Shown here: piece after piece, positions 5,505 through 15,780 of the stretch
Layout: the number at the start of each line of letters is the position of its first letter
How positions within the stretch are numbered: the first letter of the stretch is position 1
Source of the DNA: a virus
Lineage: Duplodnaviria > Caudoviricetes
IMG/VR virus record: IMGVR_UViG_3300037484_000278
Span: 1 to 26,072 of that record
DNA length: 26,072 bases
Reading direction: 5' to 3' (one strand)
The notes under the pieces: model-generated
What the model was told of the DNA's origin: nothing
Seen by the model: the letters and a program-made list of their open reading frames with translations, nothing else
Database searches by the model: none
Made by a program: the position numbers and the translations under genes

Positions 5505-8081
5505 CTAGTCTACTTCGTATTCGATGACGACCAGCATGTTGGTTACGCTCCCGGTCACTGTGCCGATCACCACCGTCAACACACTACTTGCCGCCACGGT
5601 GGCGTCGTCGAAGCTTGTCTCTTCGGTACTGGTCGAACTCGTAGTCTTGCCCGGTGCCGTCCAGACGACCGTTGCACTCGTGGTGAACGGCGTTGCTTCG
5701 GCCCGGTGTTCGATGTTGAAAACAACCGACGTTCCGCCGACGTGAATGTACCGCACCACCTTGATGGTGGCGGCGTCGGGAATGCCCGTCACTTGGAGTG
5801 CATCGCCGGTAACGGGATTGTCGATGCGGCATAGTTTTGATTGCCGACGAGCCGCCGACGTTAATCCCGCAGGCGGCAGCCCCGTCGCGTTAGTCAGGAC
5901 TGCGGCAGAGGGGGTGCCGAGATTCGGAGTCGTCAGCACCGGATTCGTGGCGAACACCGCCAAGCCTGTGCCGGTCTCATCCGTCAACGCCGCCGCAAGG
6001 TTCGCGCTCGATGGCGTAGCCAAAAATGTGCCGACATTCGTACCAAGATCAGTGTCGAGGACCGCTTCGGCGTTCGAGGGCACGTCGAGATTGGTCCTCG
6101 CGCCAGCCGCGGTACTTGCACCCGTTCCGCCATTGAGAATCGGCAAGGAGCCGGTAACGGCATTAACATCGGAGACATCGACCGCCCCGAAAGCGACGTT
6201 TGCTGCTCCGCCTCCACGGCGGAGCACCTGTCCAGCTAACGCGGCGACGATATCCGCAGGATTGCCGGTCGTGCTTGCCGCGCGACCAATGACGGAATAG
6301 CCCGCAGACTCCCGAAGTTTCGCATCCGTAACCGCGTCGGCGGCGATCGTCGCCGCGAAGCTGCCCGTCCCCGATCCGGTTACATCGCCGGTAAGCGTGA
6401 CGGTCTGGTCGCCGGTGTTACTGCCCGCAAGATTGAGCAATGTTTTCGCTGCGGCAACGCTGATTTCTTCCCCCGCTCCCGCGGCTGCGGTATCGCGCCC
6501 GAAAAATACGTCGGTAGCGGTGGCGTGCAGTTTCCCGACTACCACCGAATCGGCGACGATCGACGCCGAAATAGACGGCGTGAGGTCGGAATAGGCCAAG
6601 TCGATTTCGGTAGTGTCCGCGAGGATGCCGCCCACCGCGTCCTGCGCTTCCTCGTCCGTGTAGCCCGCACCGGTCGGCAGATCGTCCAGCAGCACCTTTT
6701 TGTGGACGCCCGCCGAAGCATCGTAAGTCGCCACGTAGTCCGCCGCGCCGTCAGGGGAGGCGTCCGCAGTCAGGGTGTTGATGTCCAGTCGAAAATGAAG
6801 CCGAGTCGGAGCAGTCAATCCCGAAATGAGAATCCCGCTGTCGGCGTCAACCGCCATTGGCCCCCAAGCCATGCCGAGCGTTTCTCCGCTGTGAGCAAGC
6901 AGAACATAGAAGTTCGACCCAACGGCGAATCGCGCCGGGGTATCGGCGGCACTGCCCGCGATTAAATCGCCCTTGGCGTCAATGATTGTGTCCAAGACGG
7001 CTTCGGCGTTAGAAGGCACGTCAAGCGTCGCCCGCGCCGTCGCAGCGTCAGCATCGTCTAGCAGCGTGCGAGCAAACGCCGTCAGGCCGGTCAACGCGAC
7101 CGTATCGACCCCGGTGAAGTAGAGCATTTGATCGGCGGCCGTCACCAGCGCGGCCAGCGCGGTCAGCAGGGCATCTAGCGGCTGCGATCCGCTGTGCGGG
7201 TTCGCGGCGGCAATGTGAGTGTCGATGTCGGCGTGGGTATTGGTGCCGATGTCCGTCAGGCTGGTGTGCGAGCGCGTCGCAATCTGCGTGATGTTGTCCA
7301 GCGTGATCGTGTTGGGGATGTTCGCGTCGGTCAGCAGAGCGATAACCGCAGCCGCGAAGTCCGTGACCGCGGTGCTGGGAATTGCAATCGTCGCGTTGGC
7401 AATCGCAGTGATGATTCCCTTGCCGTTGACCGTGACCACGACCGCTTGCGTGACCGACCCGAACGTCCCGACATTCGCGTTGACCGTGGCGAGGGTAGTC
7501 ACGTTGGAATCTTGTGGGGCGGTAACATCTCCGGTCAACGCTGCTCGCGCCAGCAGGGGCGTGGCGTCCACGTAAATAAGCGACACGCCGATCATTGCCC
7601 CGATTGCGTCTTGAGCGGCTTCCGTGAAGTCGGTTACGTCAGTCGATGGATGAGTGTGGCCGGGCGCGGAATAGTCTGTTCCTGCTACCGCAATCGAAAT
7701 GACGCCCGTGACCGTCGTGCTCTTGAGGATGCCGGTCGCCAGAGCCGACAACGCCTGCTCCGCGCTCAGGTCCGCGTGCGGAGTCTGGACGATGTAGGTG
7801 GCGTCCGCCGGTCCGCTCCCGCCTTCCGGGGCCAAGAGAATCCAATTCGCCGCCCCGACCGTCGCGGATTCGAGAATGTAGACCCGGTTGAGCGTGACGT
7901 TGATCCAGACGGACCCGGCTTCATAGCCGTCGTCGGCATCATCCGTGACCGCAGGATTGGTGGTCGCGGTGAAGTTGTTTTTGACAAGTCCGCTGTTTTT
8001 GATGATTTGATCGAGGCGCAAGAACTTCTGCCGAGCCTCGTCGATGGTGTGGACGTTGGAATTGCCAAGCGGTTCAGCCAT
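5505..8081 (-). CDS. Tail fibre / fibre-like structural protein, 858 aa
   Basis: Ala/Thr/Gly-rich with repeated LTGDVT, AQDA[IV]G and LDVPSNAEAVLDT modules. N-terminal NNF.AT..P...DD...GY..GSVW motif and C-terminal beta domain. Confidence 0.8.
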   Translation of the reverse strand: MAEPLGNSNVHTIDEARQKFLRLDQIIKNSGLVKNNFTATTNPAVTDDADDGYEAGSVWINVTLNRVYILESATVGAANWILLAPEGGSGPADATYIVQTPHADLSAEQALSALATGILKSTTVTGVISIAVAGTDYSAPGHTHPSTDVTDFTEAAQDAIGAMIGVSLIYVDATPLLARAALTGDVTAPQDSNVTTLATVNANVGTFGSVTQAVVVTVNGKGIITAIANATIAIPSTAVTDFAAAVIALLTDANIPNTITLDNITQIATRSHTSLTDIGTNTHADIDTHIAAANPHSGSQPLDALLTALAALVTAADQMLYFTGVDTVALTGLTAFARTLLDDADAATARATLDVPSNAEAVLDTIIDAKGDLIAGSAADTPARFAVGSNFYVLLAHSGETLGMAWGPMAVDADSGILISGLTAPTRLHFRLDINTLTADASPDGAADYVATYDASAGVHKKVLLDDLPTGAGYTDEEAQDAVGGILADTTEIDLAYSDLTPSISASIVADSVVVGKLHATATDVFFGRDTAAAGAGEEISVAAAKTLLNLAGSNTGDQTVTLTGDVTGSGTGSFAATIAADAVTDAKLRESAGYSVIGRAASTTGNPADIVAALAGQVLRRGGGAANVAFGAVDVSDVNAVTGSLPILNGGTGASTAAGARTNLDVPSNAEAVLDTDLGTNVGTFLATPSSANLAAALTDETGTGLAVFATNPVLTTPNLGTPSAAVLTNATGLPPAGLTSAARRQSKLCRIDNPVTGDALQVTGIPDAATIKVVRYIHVGGTSVVFNIEHRAEATPFTTSATVVWTAPGKTTSSTSTEETSFDDATVAASSVLTVVIGTVTGSVTNMLVVIEYEVD

Positions 8082-10388
8082 TTAGTCCGCCCTGCGCATA
8101 CCGACGATTTCGCGCTCAAGGAACCCCGACTCCTTCGCCCACGCGAAGGAAGACGAGTTTGTGATCCTGATGAAGCACGCTCCGCAGCGAATCCGACACA
8201 GTTCCGGCGGGGGCGAGAACGAATCCCCGCCGCCGCTCACGGTGAACGAATGCGCCGGTAGTGCGGCCCGCGCCTTTTGGGGACTGTCGCCCGCCAGAAT
8301 GTCGATCGTGACTTGGCCGCTTTGGGTCGCCAGCTCGACGCACACCTTATGGATCAGGCCGTGGAACTGCGGACTACCCGCTTGGAACGGGCCGAGCAGA
8401 GCCGACGACGGTATCGGGTTTCCGTCGTCGATCGGCGAAGTGTCCACGAATCGCCGTAAGTATCCGTCCCGACAGCCGAAAATCACCGTGCGGACGTCGT
8501 CGATCGTGTGAACGCACATAGCCGTCGGCTCGTGGTCACTCTGATACGACTCCGGCCAAAACGCCTTCTTACCCCAATCGAACCAAAAATGAGTTGTGGC
8601 CCCGGCGATCTTCGGCGTCACCGCGATAACGACCCCGTTCTTTTCTAAGTCGAAAGCGAGTTGCACGTCGTACAGGTCCGGATTGATGTTCAGCATCTCA
8701 GTGGGCAGTCGTTCACGCGAGACCCGCACCGGAGCCACGTCGGGACTCGGCTGAAACAGGTAGAGACCGTCGGGACTGAGGCCGAGGATCACTTGTTCGG
8801 GCGTGTAACACCATGCAGCGAAGCCTACGATGCCAATGTCCCGGCTGATAAGGTCGAGCGCCCCGCCGATCGTCGGATCGCCGCGCTGAATCGAGAACGA
8901 CCGATACCCCGCGAAGATGCAGTAGTCGTGGCTGTGCGGGATGATGGCCGTGACCGAATCGCCGATCTGCGCCGCGCCAGACACCCGTGCCGGATCATAC
9001 GCAAACGCTTCCCCTTCAGTTTCGTTGGCGTACAGATAGTTGTCCGGGTCGCCCGCCTTGCTCATGTAGACGACGTGGGGGAACAGTGGGTCGCCGCCCC
9101 ACAAGAGCCGATCGTCCCAAGCCGACACGATCGTACAGCCGAGTGGGTACTGACCGGGATCAACCGCGAGTCCGGCCGCGTCGGGCACGTTGCCGATCGG
9201 CACAAGCGTCAGCGTCATCAGAGCAGAGTCGAAAATCTTCGGTGCCCGAACCACCCGATAGTAGAGCACCGATCCGTTTTGCGGCGGCATCGGCGAAAGC
9301 GTAAGGGTCGCGGCAGCAGCGGTGATGTTATAGATGCCGATGGGCGCGGTCGTGCCGGAGAGTACTTCTAGTCGATAGTCGGCGATGATCTCTGCGGCGG
9401 TTTTGCCGAGTGCCGTCCAGTCCGCAACTCCCGAATCAGTGAAGGTCGCGCTTGTAGGCGTACCGTTCGAGCCGGTTCCGAGTCCGTGCTTCAAAAGTCC
9501 GTAGTCCGCGATGTAGAGCTTTTCGAGTCGATTGACCGACGACAGCAGCCGATCGCTTGCCAGCGTCCGCACCGGAGAAGTCAACGTCGCCAGGTTTCCA
9601 TTCTTGAGTTCAACATAGATCACTCCGTTGGCCGAGGACACGAGCGTTCGGGGCGGAAGATCAGCGTTGGTGACGCCCACAACTGCTGCGAGCGTGTAGG
9701 AGAACGTGAACGAATCGACGGACGCCTTGGCGAACGGATTCGACTTGAGGACAATGCCGACGCGACCGCCGACCGGGTTGTACGACGATCCGTCGTAGGT
9801 GATGACCGGCGCAAATCCAAAGGAGTCCAGCCAACAACGGATCGTTTGATTCCCGTCGATGCTCATCCGCATGGCCGTCAGAGTGGTCGATGCCGATGGG
9901 GAGAGTGTTCCCGTGGCGACCGCCGCGTCGTCGATGTAGAGCGTCACTTTCCAGTAAAGCATCAGCGACGCATCGCGCAATCGCTCAACCTTCATGCGCA
10001 GGCCGGTCGTATAGACGGGCGTCGTATCGGCCATGTCCATCAGAATTGAAACGCTCCCTACACCGAGAGCGTCGGAAGTGTCCGGCACCACCACGCCCTT
10101 GAGCGTCACTTCGCGGGGACTGTTGGTCGAAATCAGCGTATCGGGACCGGGGGCCGCGACCCCAAGCGAAAAGTACGCCGTATGCAGCGTGTCGTAGGCG
10201 GTAGTGGTGGCAAGCCCGCCGCTCGCCACGATGATGCCGGTCGATGCCACGCCGTCGAGCGTTCCGCCCACGTCGGCCCATGAGTTCGGCGGAGACGTGT
10301 CGATCGTGGTGAAGATGTCGAGCACGGAAGTCGCGGGCGAGGCCTGCAGGGTGCGGCAAACGTTCATCAGGCGAACTTCGGTACTCAT
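8082..10388 (-). CDS. Tail nozzle / stabilisation protein (P22 gp10 / T7 gp12-like beta-propeller), main part
   Basis: WDDRLLWGG, VYMSKAGDP.NY, IGD.VTAI, IS..IGIVG and FGC.DGYL motifs. Size and position fit a podovirus nozzle. Confidence 0.7.
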   Translation of the reverse strand: MSTEVRLMNVCRTLQASPATSVLDIFTTIDTSPPNSWADVGGTLDGVASTGIIVASGGLATTTAYDTLHTAYFSLGVAAPGPDTLISTNSPREVTLKGVVVPDTSDALGVGSVSILMDMADTTPVYTTGLRMKVERLRDASLMLYWKVTLYIDDAAVATGTLSPSASTTLTAMRMSIDGNQTIRCWLDSFGFAPVITYDGSSYNPVGGRVGIVLKSNPFAKASVDSFTFSYTLAAVVGVTNADLPPRTLVSSANGVIYVELKNGNLATLTSPVRTLASDRLLSSVNRLEKLYIADYGLLKHGLGTGSNGTPTSATFTDSGVADWTALGKTAAEIIADYRLEVLSGTTAPIGIYNITAAAATLTLSPMPPQNGSVLYYRVVRAPKIFDSALMTLTLVPIGNVPDAAGLAVDPGQYPLGCTIVSAWDDRLLWGGDPLFPHVVYMSKAGDPDNYLYANETEGEAFAYDPARVSGAAQIGDSVTAIIPHSHDYCIFAGYRSFSIQRGDPTIGGALDLISRDIGIVGFAAWCYTPEQVILGLSPDGLYLFQPSPDVAPVRVSRERLPTEMLNINPDLYDVQLAFDLEKNGVVIAVTPKIAGATTHFWFDWGKKAFWPESYQSDHEPTAMCVHTIDDVRTVIFGCRDGYLRRFVDTSPIDDGNPIPSSALLGPFQAGSPQFHGLIHKVCVELATQSGQVTIDILAGDSPQKARAALPAHSFTVSGGGDSFSPPPELCRIRCGACFIRITNSSSFAWAKESGFLEREIVGMRRAD

Positions 10389-11182
10389 GCGGGCACCGTG
10401 TAGCTGACGGTCAATTTAGGAACGTGTGACGAGTCCGCAGTATATTCCGACTGTCGGAACCCGCAGTCTGTGTTGGTCGTGGTCTCATCGGTACTGACAA
10501 ACACCAAATGAAGCTGTTTGCTCACGCTGTCGTAGGCGGTCTGCGCCAACGCGGCCAATCCGCTGATCGTAAAGTCGCCCACATCGACCGGCTTGGTGAA
10601 GTCCAGTTGCCCAGTCGTGGTGTAGTCGCTGGTACCCAATCCCGCCGTCGCCCAAGTGAGGCTCGTGGCGTAACTGTTCCACGTCGCCTGCGCTTCCACC
10701 CACGAGGTCTGTGTGACCCGATAAATCTTGGCCGGACCGTCAGATTCCGTGAACCAACAGCGAAGGTAGAGGCTCGCCGCCGTGATGGTCGCGGACGCGG
10801 GAATGTCGGTCATGTCGAAGTGCATCAGAAAACGACGCTTGTCGTTCGCCAGTCCGGTAGGTCCACAGCCCATTCGCAGCGAGCGCGTCGAGGTCGTTCC
10901 GTCGTAGTTCCCGTTCGGATCAAGGCCGACAAGCGTAACATCCTTCGCCGCAAAGAAATGTTCGGTAAACGACTCGACTTCGCTTCCGCCAGCCATGCTG
11001 ACGTTCTGCGCAAAAGCCTTGACGAGGCCGGGCCTGCTACCCAGGATCGCCCGCTGGTCGAATACCGAGCGGCCACGCACGTTGTTTGCGTCGCTGAGCG
11101 TGAACGGCGGCTGGCTCTGAAAGGCATACGCTCGATCGACGCCCGCCAGCGGAGGTTGGATTTGAATGGTTGTTCGCGCCAT
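10385..11182 (-). CDS. Nozzle-like N-terminal segment fused to a DNRLRE-type putative carbohydrate-binding domain
   Basis: N-terminal PLAGVDR...QPP...NVR...GSRPGL, then D.......NY, RFLMHFD...IP..ATITAASLYL, SWVEAQATWN and PKLTVSY. Start moved to ATG 11182. Confidence 0.7.
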   Translation of the reverse strand: MARTTIQIQPPLAGVDRAYAFQSQPPFTLSDANNVRGRSVFDQRAILGSRPGLVKAFAQNVSMAGGSEVESFTEHFFAAKDVTLVGLDPNGNYDGTTSTRSLRMGCGPTGLANDKRRFLMHFDMTDIPASATITAASLYLRCWFTESDGPAKIYRVTQTSWVEAQATWNSYATSLTWATAGLGTSDYTTTGQLDFTKPVDVGDFTISGLAALAQTAYDSVSKQLHLVFVSTDETTTNTDCGFRQSEYTADSSHVPKLTVSYTVPA

Positions 11183-11196
11183 GCTACGATGCCCCC

Positions 11197-11550
11197 ATGA
11201 ACCAGACCAACGGAGATCGACCGGGACCACCCTTCGCGGTCATCGGAACGGGACTCGTCATCGTGCCGCGCGCGGGCGTGATCGAAATGCTCGAAAAGAA
11301 CATCCTCCTGCACGGCAAACAGAATCTTGCGCTCGTGCCGATCTTCCGCAAAGTACAAGAGGACTTTCGCGTTTGGAGTAAGGACGCCGAGCCGGGCTGG
11401 ACGTTCCGCGCGCACGAGGTCGGCCTGGTCATCATTCGCATGTCGGTTGCGGGCATGTTCATTTCGCTATCCGACGCCGCCCGCAAGCAGGCCGACGCCG
11501 CGCAGGCGGACCCGCCGCCGAGCGATCGACCGCTAATCTTCCACGAGTGA
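11197..11550 (+). CDS. Hypothetical protein antisense to the structural operon, 117 aa
   Basis: Almost exactly fills the gap between minus-strand genes (11182 and 11554) and has protein-like composition. Confidence 0.55.
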   Translation: MNQTNGDRPGPPFAVIGTGLVIVPRAGVIEMLEKNILLHGKQNLALVPIFRKVQEDFRVWSKDAEPGWTFRAHEVGLVIIRMSVAGMFISLSDAARKQADAAQADPPPSDRPLIFHE

Positions 11551-11553
11551 CAA

Positions 11554-14500
11554 CTAGGCAGCACTTTGTTCCGCCTTTCGTCGAGCACGTTTCAATGCGT
11601 TCCGAATCCGTTCCCGGCTCGTTTCGATGATCTTGTCTAGCCGCTCGATGTCTTTCGGCCCAGGGTCATTCATATTCAGCGCACCGCGAGCCTGGGCCGC
11701 AATCACCCGCTGTTGTGTCAGACGACCGCTCTCCCGAACGTAGGTCGCGTTTTCGTCATCGGTGAAGTAGCTCACCTTTCCCTTTTCGGTGAAGTACGGA
11801 TTCGGCGGCTTGAACACGGCCTTGTCGTCGGGATGCGAAGCGTTCCATTTGGTCAGCAGCCGATCGCCGATAGTCTCGACGTACTTCTTCCGTCCGACCG
11901 GCGAGAGCGTGCGGAAAATCCAATCCGTACCCGGCAATGGCCCCCCGTCGCGCGGCACGGCACGACCCCAGAGATCGTATTTCGGGTATTCGGGAACGAC
12001 CTCAAGCGAAGCGATACCACGCCGCAGACTCCGATCCGCCCGTGCCATCCCCTTGTCCCAAACACGCCGCTCCGGCTTGTTTTCCGTGGCCGCACGAGCA
12101 GGAGCACGAACAAGGTTCGGCACCCACGACGCCGGGAACTTTGTCGCCCAATCGAGCACGTATTCCGACTTCTGATACCGGGCCGCCTTCATAAAGTCGG
12201 ATATACCAGCGAAGAACGTCTGATTTTCCACTCGCCCGGCAAGGGCATCGAACGGCGCTTTCAGCGCCTCGAACCAATCAGCCCCTTGGTGAATCTTGCC
12301 AATGCCATCTACCACCAACCCGACCATCGTGGCGGCTGGCTCAATACGCCCGTAGCTGTACCACTGACTACCAATCTTGATCGAATAGGGACGGTTCTTA
12401 TCTTCGCCGCCCGTGATCCACGGATTTGCCGGATCGTTCGTGTAAGCAAGCGCCAGCGTCGCGCCCCAAGCAAGCACTTGTTCAGCGACCCGCTGCGAAA
12501 TATGTGAATAGTCGCCGTCGCGGCTGGCGCGTAGCAATTCAGTCCCCAACTTGATCGACCCAAACGGACTGCGACGTATTCCCGCTTTGAAGATATTGAA
12601 CGGCGTCGTCATAAACGGCAGCAGATACCGCAGGCCAGGAATCTCCCGACGCAAACTTAACCCGGCCTCTAACGCAGGGGTCTTTTCCTGCAATGCCAGA
12701 CGGATTGCGGTATCGACCGCTTTCTGACTTGGTTCGGAAAGCGGATCGTTCATCAGTTCGGTCATGCGAGCGTCAAGGTCTTTGCCGGACAGTCCTTCGC
12801 TTTTCCCTTGCCGGTAGGCCAGCGACGCCTGCTCCATCGCCGCGACGCGCGTTTTGATGTAATCGTCAACCGCAGTCATTAGTCCGCTTGACCGACGAAT
12901 CCACCACCCCTTTTTTCCGGCAATCGCCGCTCTAGTGAACTCGTGCGGCGCGGCGGCTTGGGCCTCAAGGCCGTGCGTCAGGTAGAACTGCGGCAATTCC
13001 GTTCGCCACGTTTCCATGAAGTTCTGGTTTGCCTTGCCGCTGCTTCGCATGAACGCGCGGGCGATATGCTTGAACTCGCCGAAGTACGCGCCGTCCGGCT
13101 TGTAACCAAGCCCGCGGGCAATGGAACTGACGAACGCATCAGTAAAACGATCGACGGAAAAATACCATGCGCCGTGAACAGCCCCGCCGAGCATGTTGGT
13201 CGTCTCTGTCGCGGGTCCAGACAATATAGATTCGCGCCACCATTCGTAGAGCACGTCGGGCACGCTCGACTTGACGGCGTACGCATCGCGTAGAAACGCT
13301 TTCGTAGCTAACGGATCAAGTTCGCCGCGCAGGGCCTTTTCAACGTCGTGGCCTAACTTGGTTAGTTCGCCGCTGTACCTTTTGATCTGCTCTGCCCATT
13401 CGCGGTGCAGCTTTTCGACTTGTTCCTTGGCCTTGCGAACACGCGACTCATAACGCTTTTGGCTTTCCGGGCCTTGTACCGGCGGCTTAGGCGGCAACTT
13501 TGTTCCGGGCGGGGCGGGCAGCATCCCCTCTACCCGGATTTCTTCCGGCGTGAGCGGATGTGGCTTGGGCTGTCGCTGGCGTTCTTTCGCTTCACGGGCC
13601 TCCGCCTTCTTGATGGCACGCTCGATTTGCTCCGGCGGCTGCGCAAGCGCTCGTTGGGCCATGAAAGCGTTTCGCTCCGGCTCCGGCATTTCCATAAGGG
13701 CTTTGCGAGCTTCCAATGCTTGTGCGCCCGCCGTGCCACCTACACGGTAATGAAAATCTCCGCGCGATAGCGCCTCCCAGGCCGCCACGTCGTTCGGATC
13801 GTCCGCTACTCGCTTCCCTAACTCGGTGATGACCTTGATCTGCACGCGCGTATCGGGTGCGTCAACCGGCGTCCAAGATTCGGCAACAAGGCGATCCCGG
13901 TATTCCGCCCCTCGTTCGGCGATCCTCTGATTAGCAATGGCGTTGGCTTCAACGTGGGTTACGCGGCGCGGTTCATCGGCTGCGGTACGCAGTTCATCGA
14001 CTCCGCGAAGCATGTCACGGGCTGCGGGTTCCGTTACCGGGATCGCCAGTTCGGGCAATCGTCCCTTGTCGCGCATGGGGCGCGGCGTGGTCGCTTCCGG
14101 GGCATCCGCTATGCCTTCCTTGGCCAGAATCGCCTCCACGTCGCCAGCGGCGTCGAGCTTTGGATTGTTCTTTCGTTCCGCTTCCCAGGTGTCGCGGATG
14201 AGCGCGGAGTGCGCCCGCACGACCGCAGCACCGAACCGCCGTCCGAGCGAAGCCACATAGTCCGAGAACTTCGCCCAACCGAGTCCAAGTTCTGCCTTGA
14301 ATACCTTGGCCGCCAGGGCGACATCACGGAAGTCAATGCCGCCAGTAAACAAGGCCGGTCCTTTGCGGTGTTTGGCAAGCTCTTGTTCCGATGCTTCCAG
14401 CTTGGCGCGTGCGGCTTGTACCTTCGGTGATTCAACTTCCCCCAGCGCCCCCTGCCCCTTCACGTCGGGCGGCGCGGATTCGCTAGGAATTTCAGCACCA

Positions 14501-15780
14501 GCCTCATTGAGCATCCGAATCGCCTCGGCGCGAGCCGCAGGTTTACTGACCTGGGATACCGTGTATTCCGATACAAGAGATTTGTAGTCAGAATCGGACG
14601 TTTTGATCGGCCATCGCCCGCGCGATTCGGCAAACTCCTTAAAGGTCTGCGGCTTCTGCGCGGCTGGCGCGGGAGCGGGTCTTAATACATCACCGACTTC
14701 ACCTTGCGTTTCCGAGACTTTTTCGGCGGCTTCGGCTGCGACGGCTTCCGTGGTTTTGGTTTCGGCATCTAATACGTTCCTTTCTGCTTGCGGGACTTCC
14801 CCGCTTTCGACAGGGCGATCGCCACGGCCTGCTTCTGCTTCCGCCCTGAGTGGATCAACTCCTTGACGTTTTCCCGTATCACCGATTTGGACTTGCCAGA
14901 CTTGAGCGGCATTGACGATCTCCTTGTCTGTTACGGCCTTGAGTTCTGCAGCGAGCGCGGCGTCCGCCGCCTCTTTACGATCTTTCTCCGGCAGAACCTC
15001 ATTCGGCTTGACGCCCGTAGCATCTACGTAGTCTTTGCGCGACACCGATTTTCTGTACGCCAGCTTGGCGAGCTTCGAGAGTCCGTGATAGAGCTTGAAC
15101 CCGCCCACGGTGCCACCGGCGTTGATCCAATCTTCGCTCGTCGGTGCGCGCAATTCGAGCAAGGCCGGAACGGTCGCCATCGACGCAACTTCCGCAACCA
15201 GGCGAGCGATAGGATTCTTGACCAATCCGGCAGGTCCGAACGCAGCACCGGCGAGAGTTTGTTTGGTGATCTCGCCCGGATGGAACTCGCCACCCGCGAC
15301 TTCGCGCGCAGCTTCTAGTCCGCCGAGTTGAACGCCAGCATGTATCGCAGGAGGGACGGCTTTCGCCGCCGCACCGATGAGACCTTTTTTCGCCGCGTAG
15401 GCGACGAGTTTCTTGGCCGCTTGCTTGCCGATGATGCCGCCGAGTCCGCCAGTAAGCGCGAGAACCGGGGCATCGGCAATGAAGCCACCGATGCTAGACG
15501 CGATATTTCCCACCGTGCCCAAGTCTTTAGGTTCATAATCAACAAGTCCTGTAGCTCGTGCCGCGATCCCATAGGTCGTCTCCGCAAAGGCGTTTTTGAT
15601 TATACTCGAAATGAACCCGTCGGTTTCTTCCGGCGGCTTTTCAGGCTCGCCAACCCCAATCAGCCGATCGAGTTCCGACATCGACAATTGCGTTTTCTTG
15701 GCGGCGTTGAACGTCGGCATGGCATCGTCAATGCCAGCCAGCTTGTCCAGTTCATCGAGCGTCAGCGTCGCGGGCATCAA
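11554..15780 (-). CDS. Large internal virion / DNA ejection protein, 1408 aa, with a C-terminal region resembling large-polyvalent-protein (LPD38-like) domains
   Basis: Gly/Ala hydrophobic N-terminal segments and a long helical body, with [11 protein letters not shown] and [17 protein letters not shown] motifs typical of podovirus giant ejection proteins. Confidence 0.7.
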   Translation of the reverse strand: MMPATLTLDELDKLAGIDDAMPTFNAAKKTQLSMSELDRLIGVGEPEKPPEETDGFISSIIKNAFAETTYGIAARATGLVDYEPKDLGTVGNIASSIGGFIADAPVLALTGGLGGIIGKQAAKKLVAYAAKKGLIGAAAKAVPPAIHAGVQLGGLEAAREVAGGEFHPGEITKQTLAGAAFGPAGLVKNPIARLVAEVASMATVPALLELRAPTSEDWINAGGTVGGFKLYHGLSKLAKLAYRKSVSRKDYVDATGVKPNEVLPEKDRKEAADAALAAELKAVTDKEIVNAAQVWQVQIGDTGKRQGVDPLRAEAEAGRGDRPVESGEVPQAERNVLDAETKTTEAVAAEAAEKVSETQGEVGDVLRPAPAPAAQKPQTFKEFAESRGRWPIKTSDSDYKSLVSEYTVSQVSKPAARAEAIRMLNEAGAEIPSESAPPDVKGQGALGEVESPKVQAARAKLEASEQELAKHRKGPALFTGGIDFRDVALAAKVFKAELGLGWAKFSDYVASLGRRFGAAVVRAHSALIRDTWEAERKNNPKLDAAGDVEAILAKEGIADAPEATTPRPMRDKGRLPELAIPVTEPAARDMLRGVDELRTAADEPRRVTHVEANAIANQRIAERGAEYRDRLVAESWTPVDAPDTRVQIKVITELGKRVADDPNDVAAWEALSRGDFHYRVGGTAGAQALEARKALMEMPEPERNAFMAQRALAQPPEQIERAIKKAEAREAKERQRQPKPHPLTPEEIRVEGMLPAPPGTKLPPKPPVQGPESQKRYESRVRKAKEQVEKLHREWAEQIKRYSGELTKLGHDVEKALRGELDPLATKAFLRDAYAVKSSVPDVLYEWWRESILSGPATETTNMLGGAVHGAWYFSVDRFTDAFVSSIARGLGYKPDGAYFGEFKHIARAFMRSSGKANQNFMETWRTELPQFYLTHGLEAQAAAPHEFTRAAIAGKKGWWIRRSSGLMTAVDDYIKTRVAAMEQASLAYRQGKSEGLSGKDLDARMTELMNDPLSEPSQKAVDTAIRLALQEKTPALEAGLSLRREIPGLRYLLPFMTTPFNIFKAGIRRSPFGSIKLGTELLRASRDGDYSHISQRVAEQVLAWGATLALAYTNDPANPWITGGEDKNRPYSIKIGSQWYSYGRIEPAATMVGLVVDGIGKIHQGADWFEALKAPFDALAGRVENQTFFAGISDFMKAARYQKSEYVLDWATKFPASWVPNLVRAPARAATENKPERRVWDKGMARADRSLRRGIASLEVVPEYPKYDLWGRAVPRDGGPLPGTDWIFRTLSPVGRKKYVETIGDRLLTKWNASHPDDKAVFKPPNPYFTEKGKVSYFTDDENATYVRESGRLTQQRVIAAQARGALNMNDPGPKDIERLDKIIETSRERIRNALKRARRKAEQSAA

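Noticed and set aside
3608-8081. Diversity-generating retroelement targeting the fibre or LamG genes
   Set aside because: No reverse transcriptase and no template/variable repeat pair with adenine-specific mismatches seen in the window.
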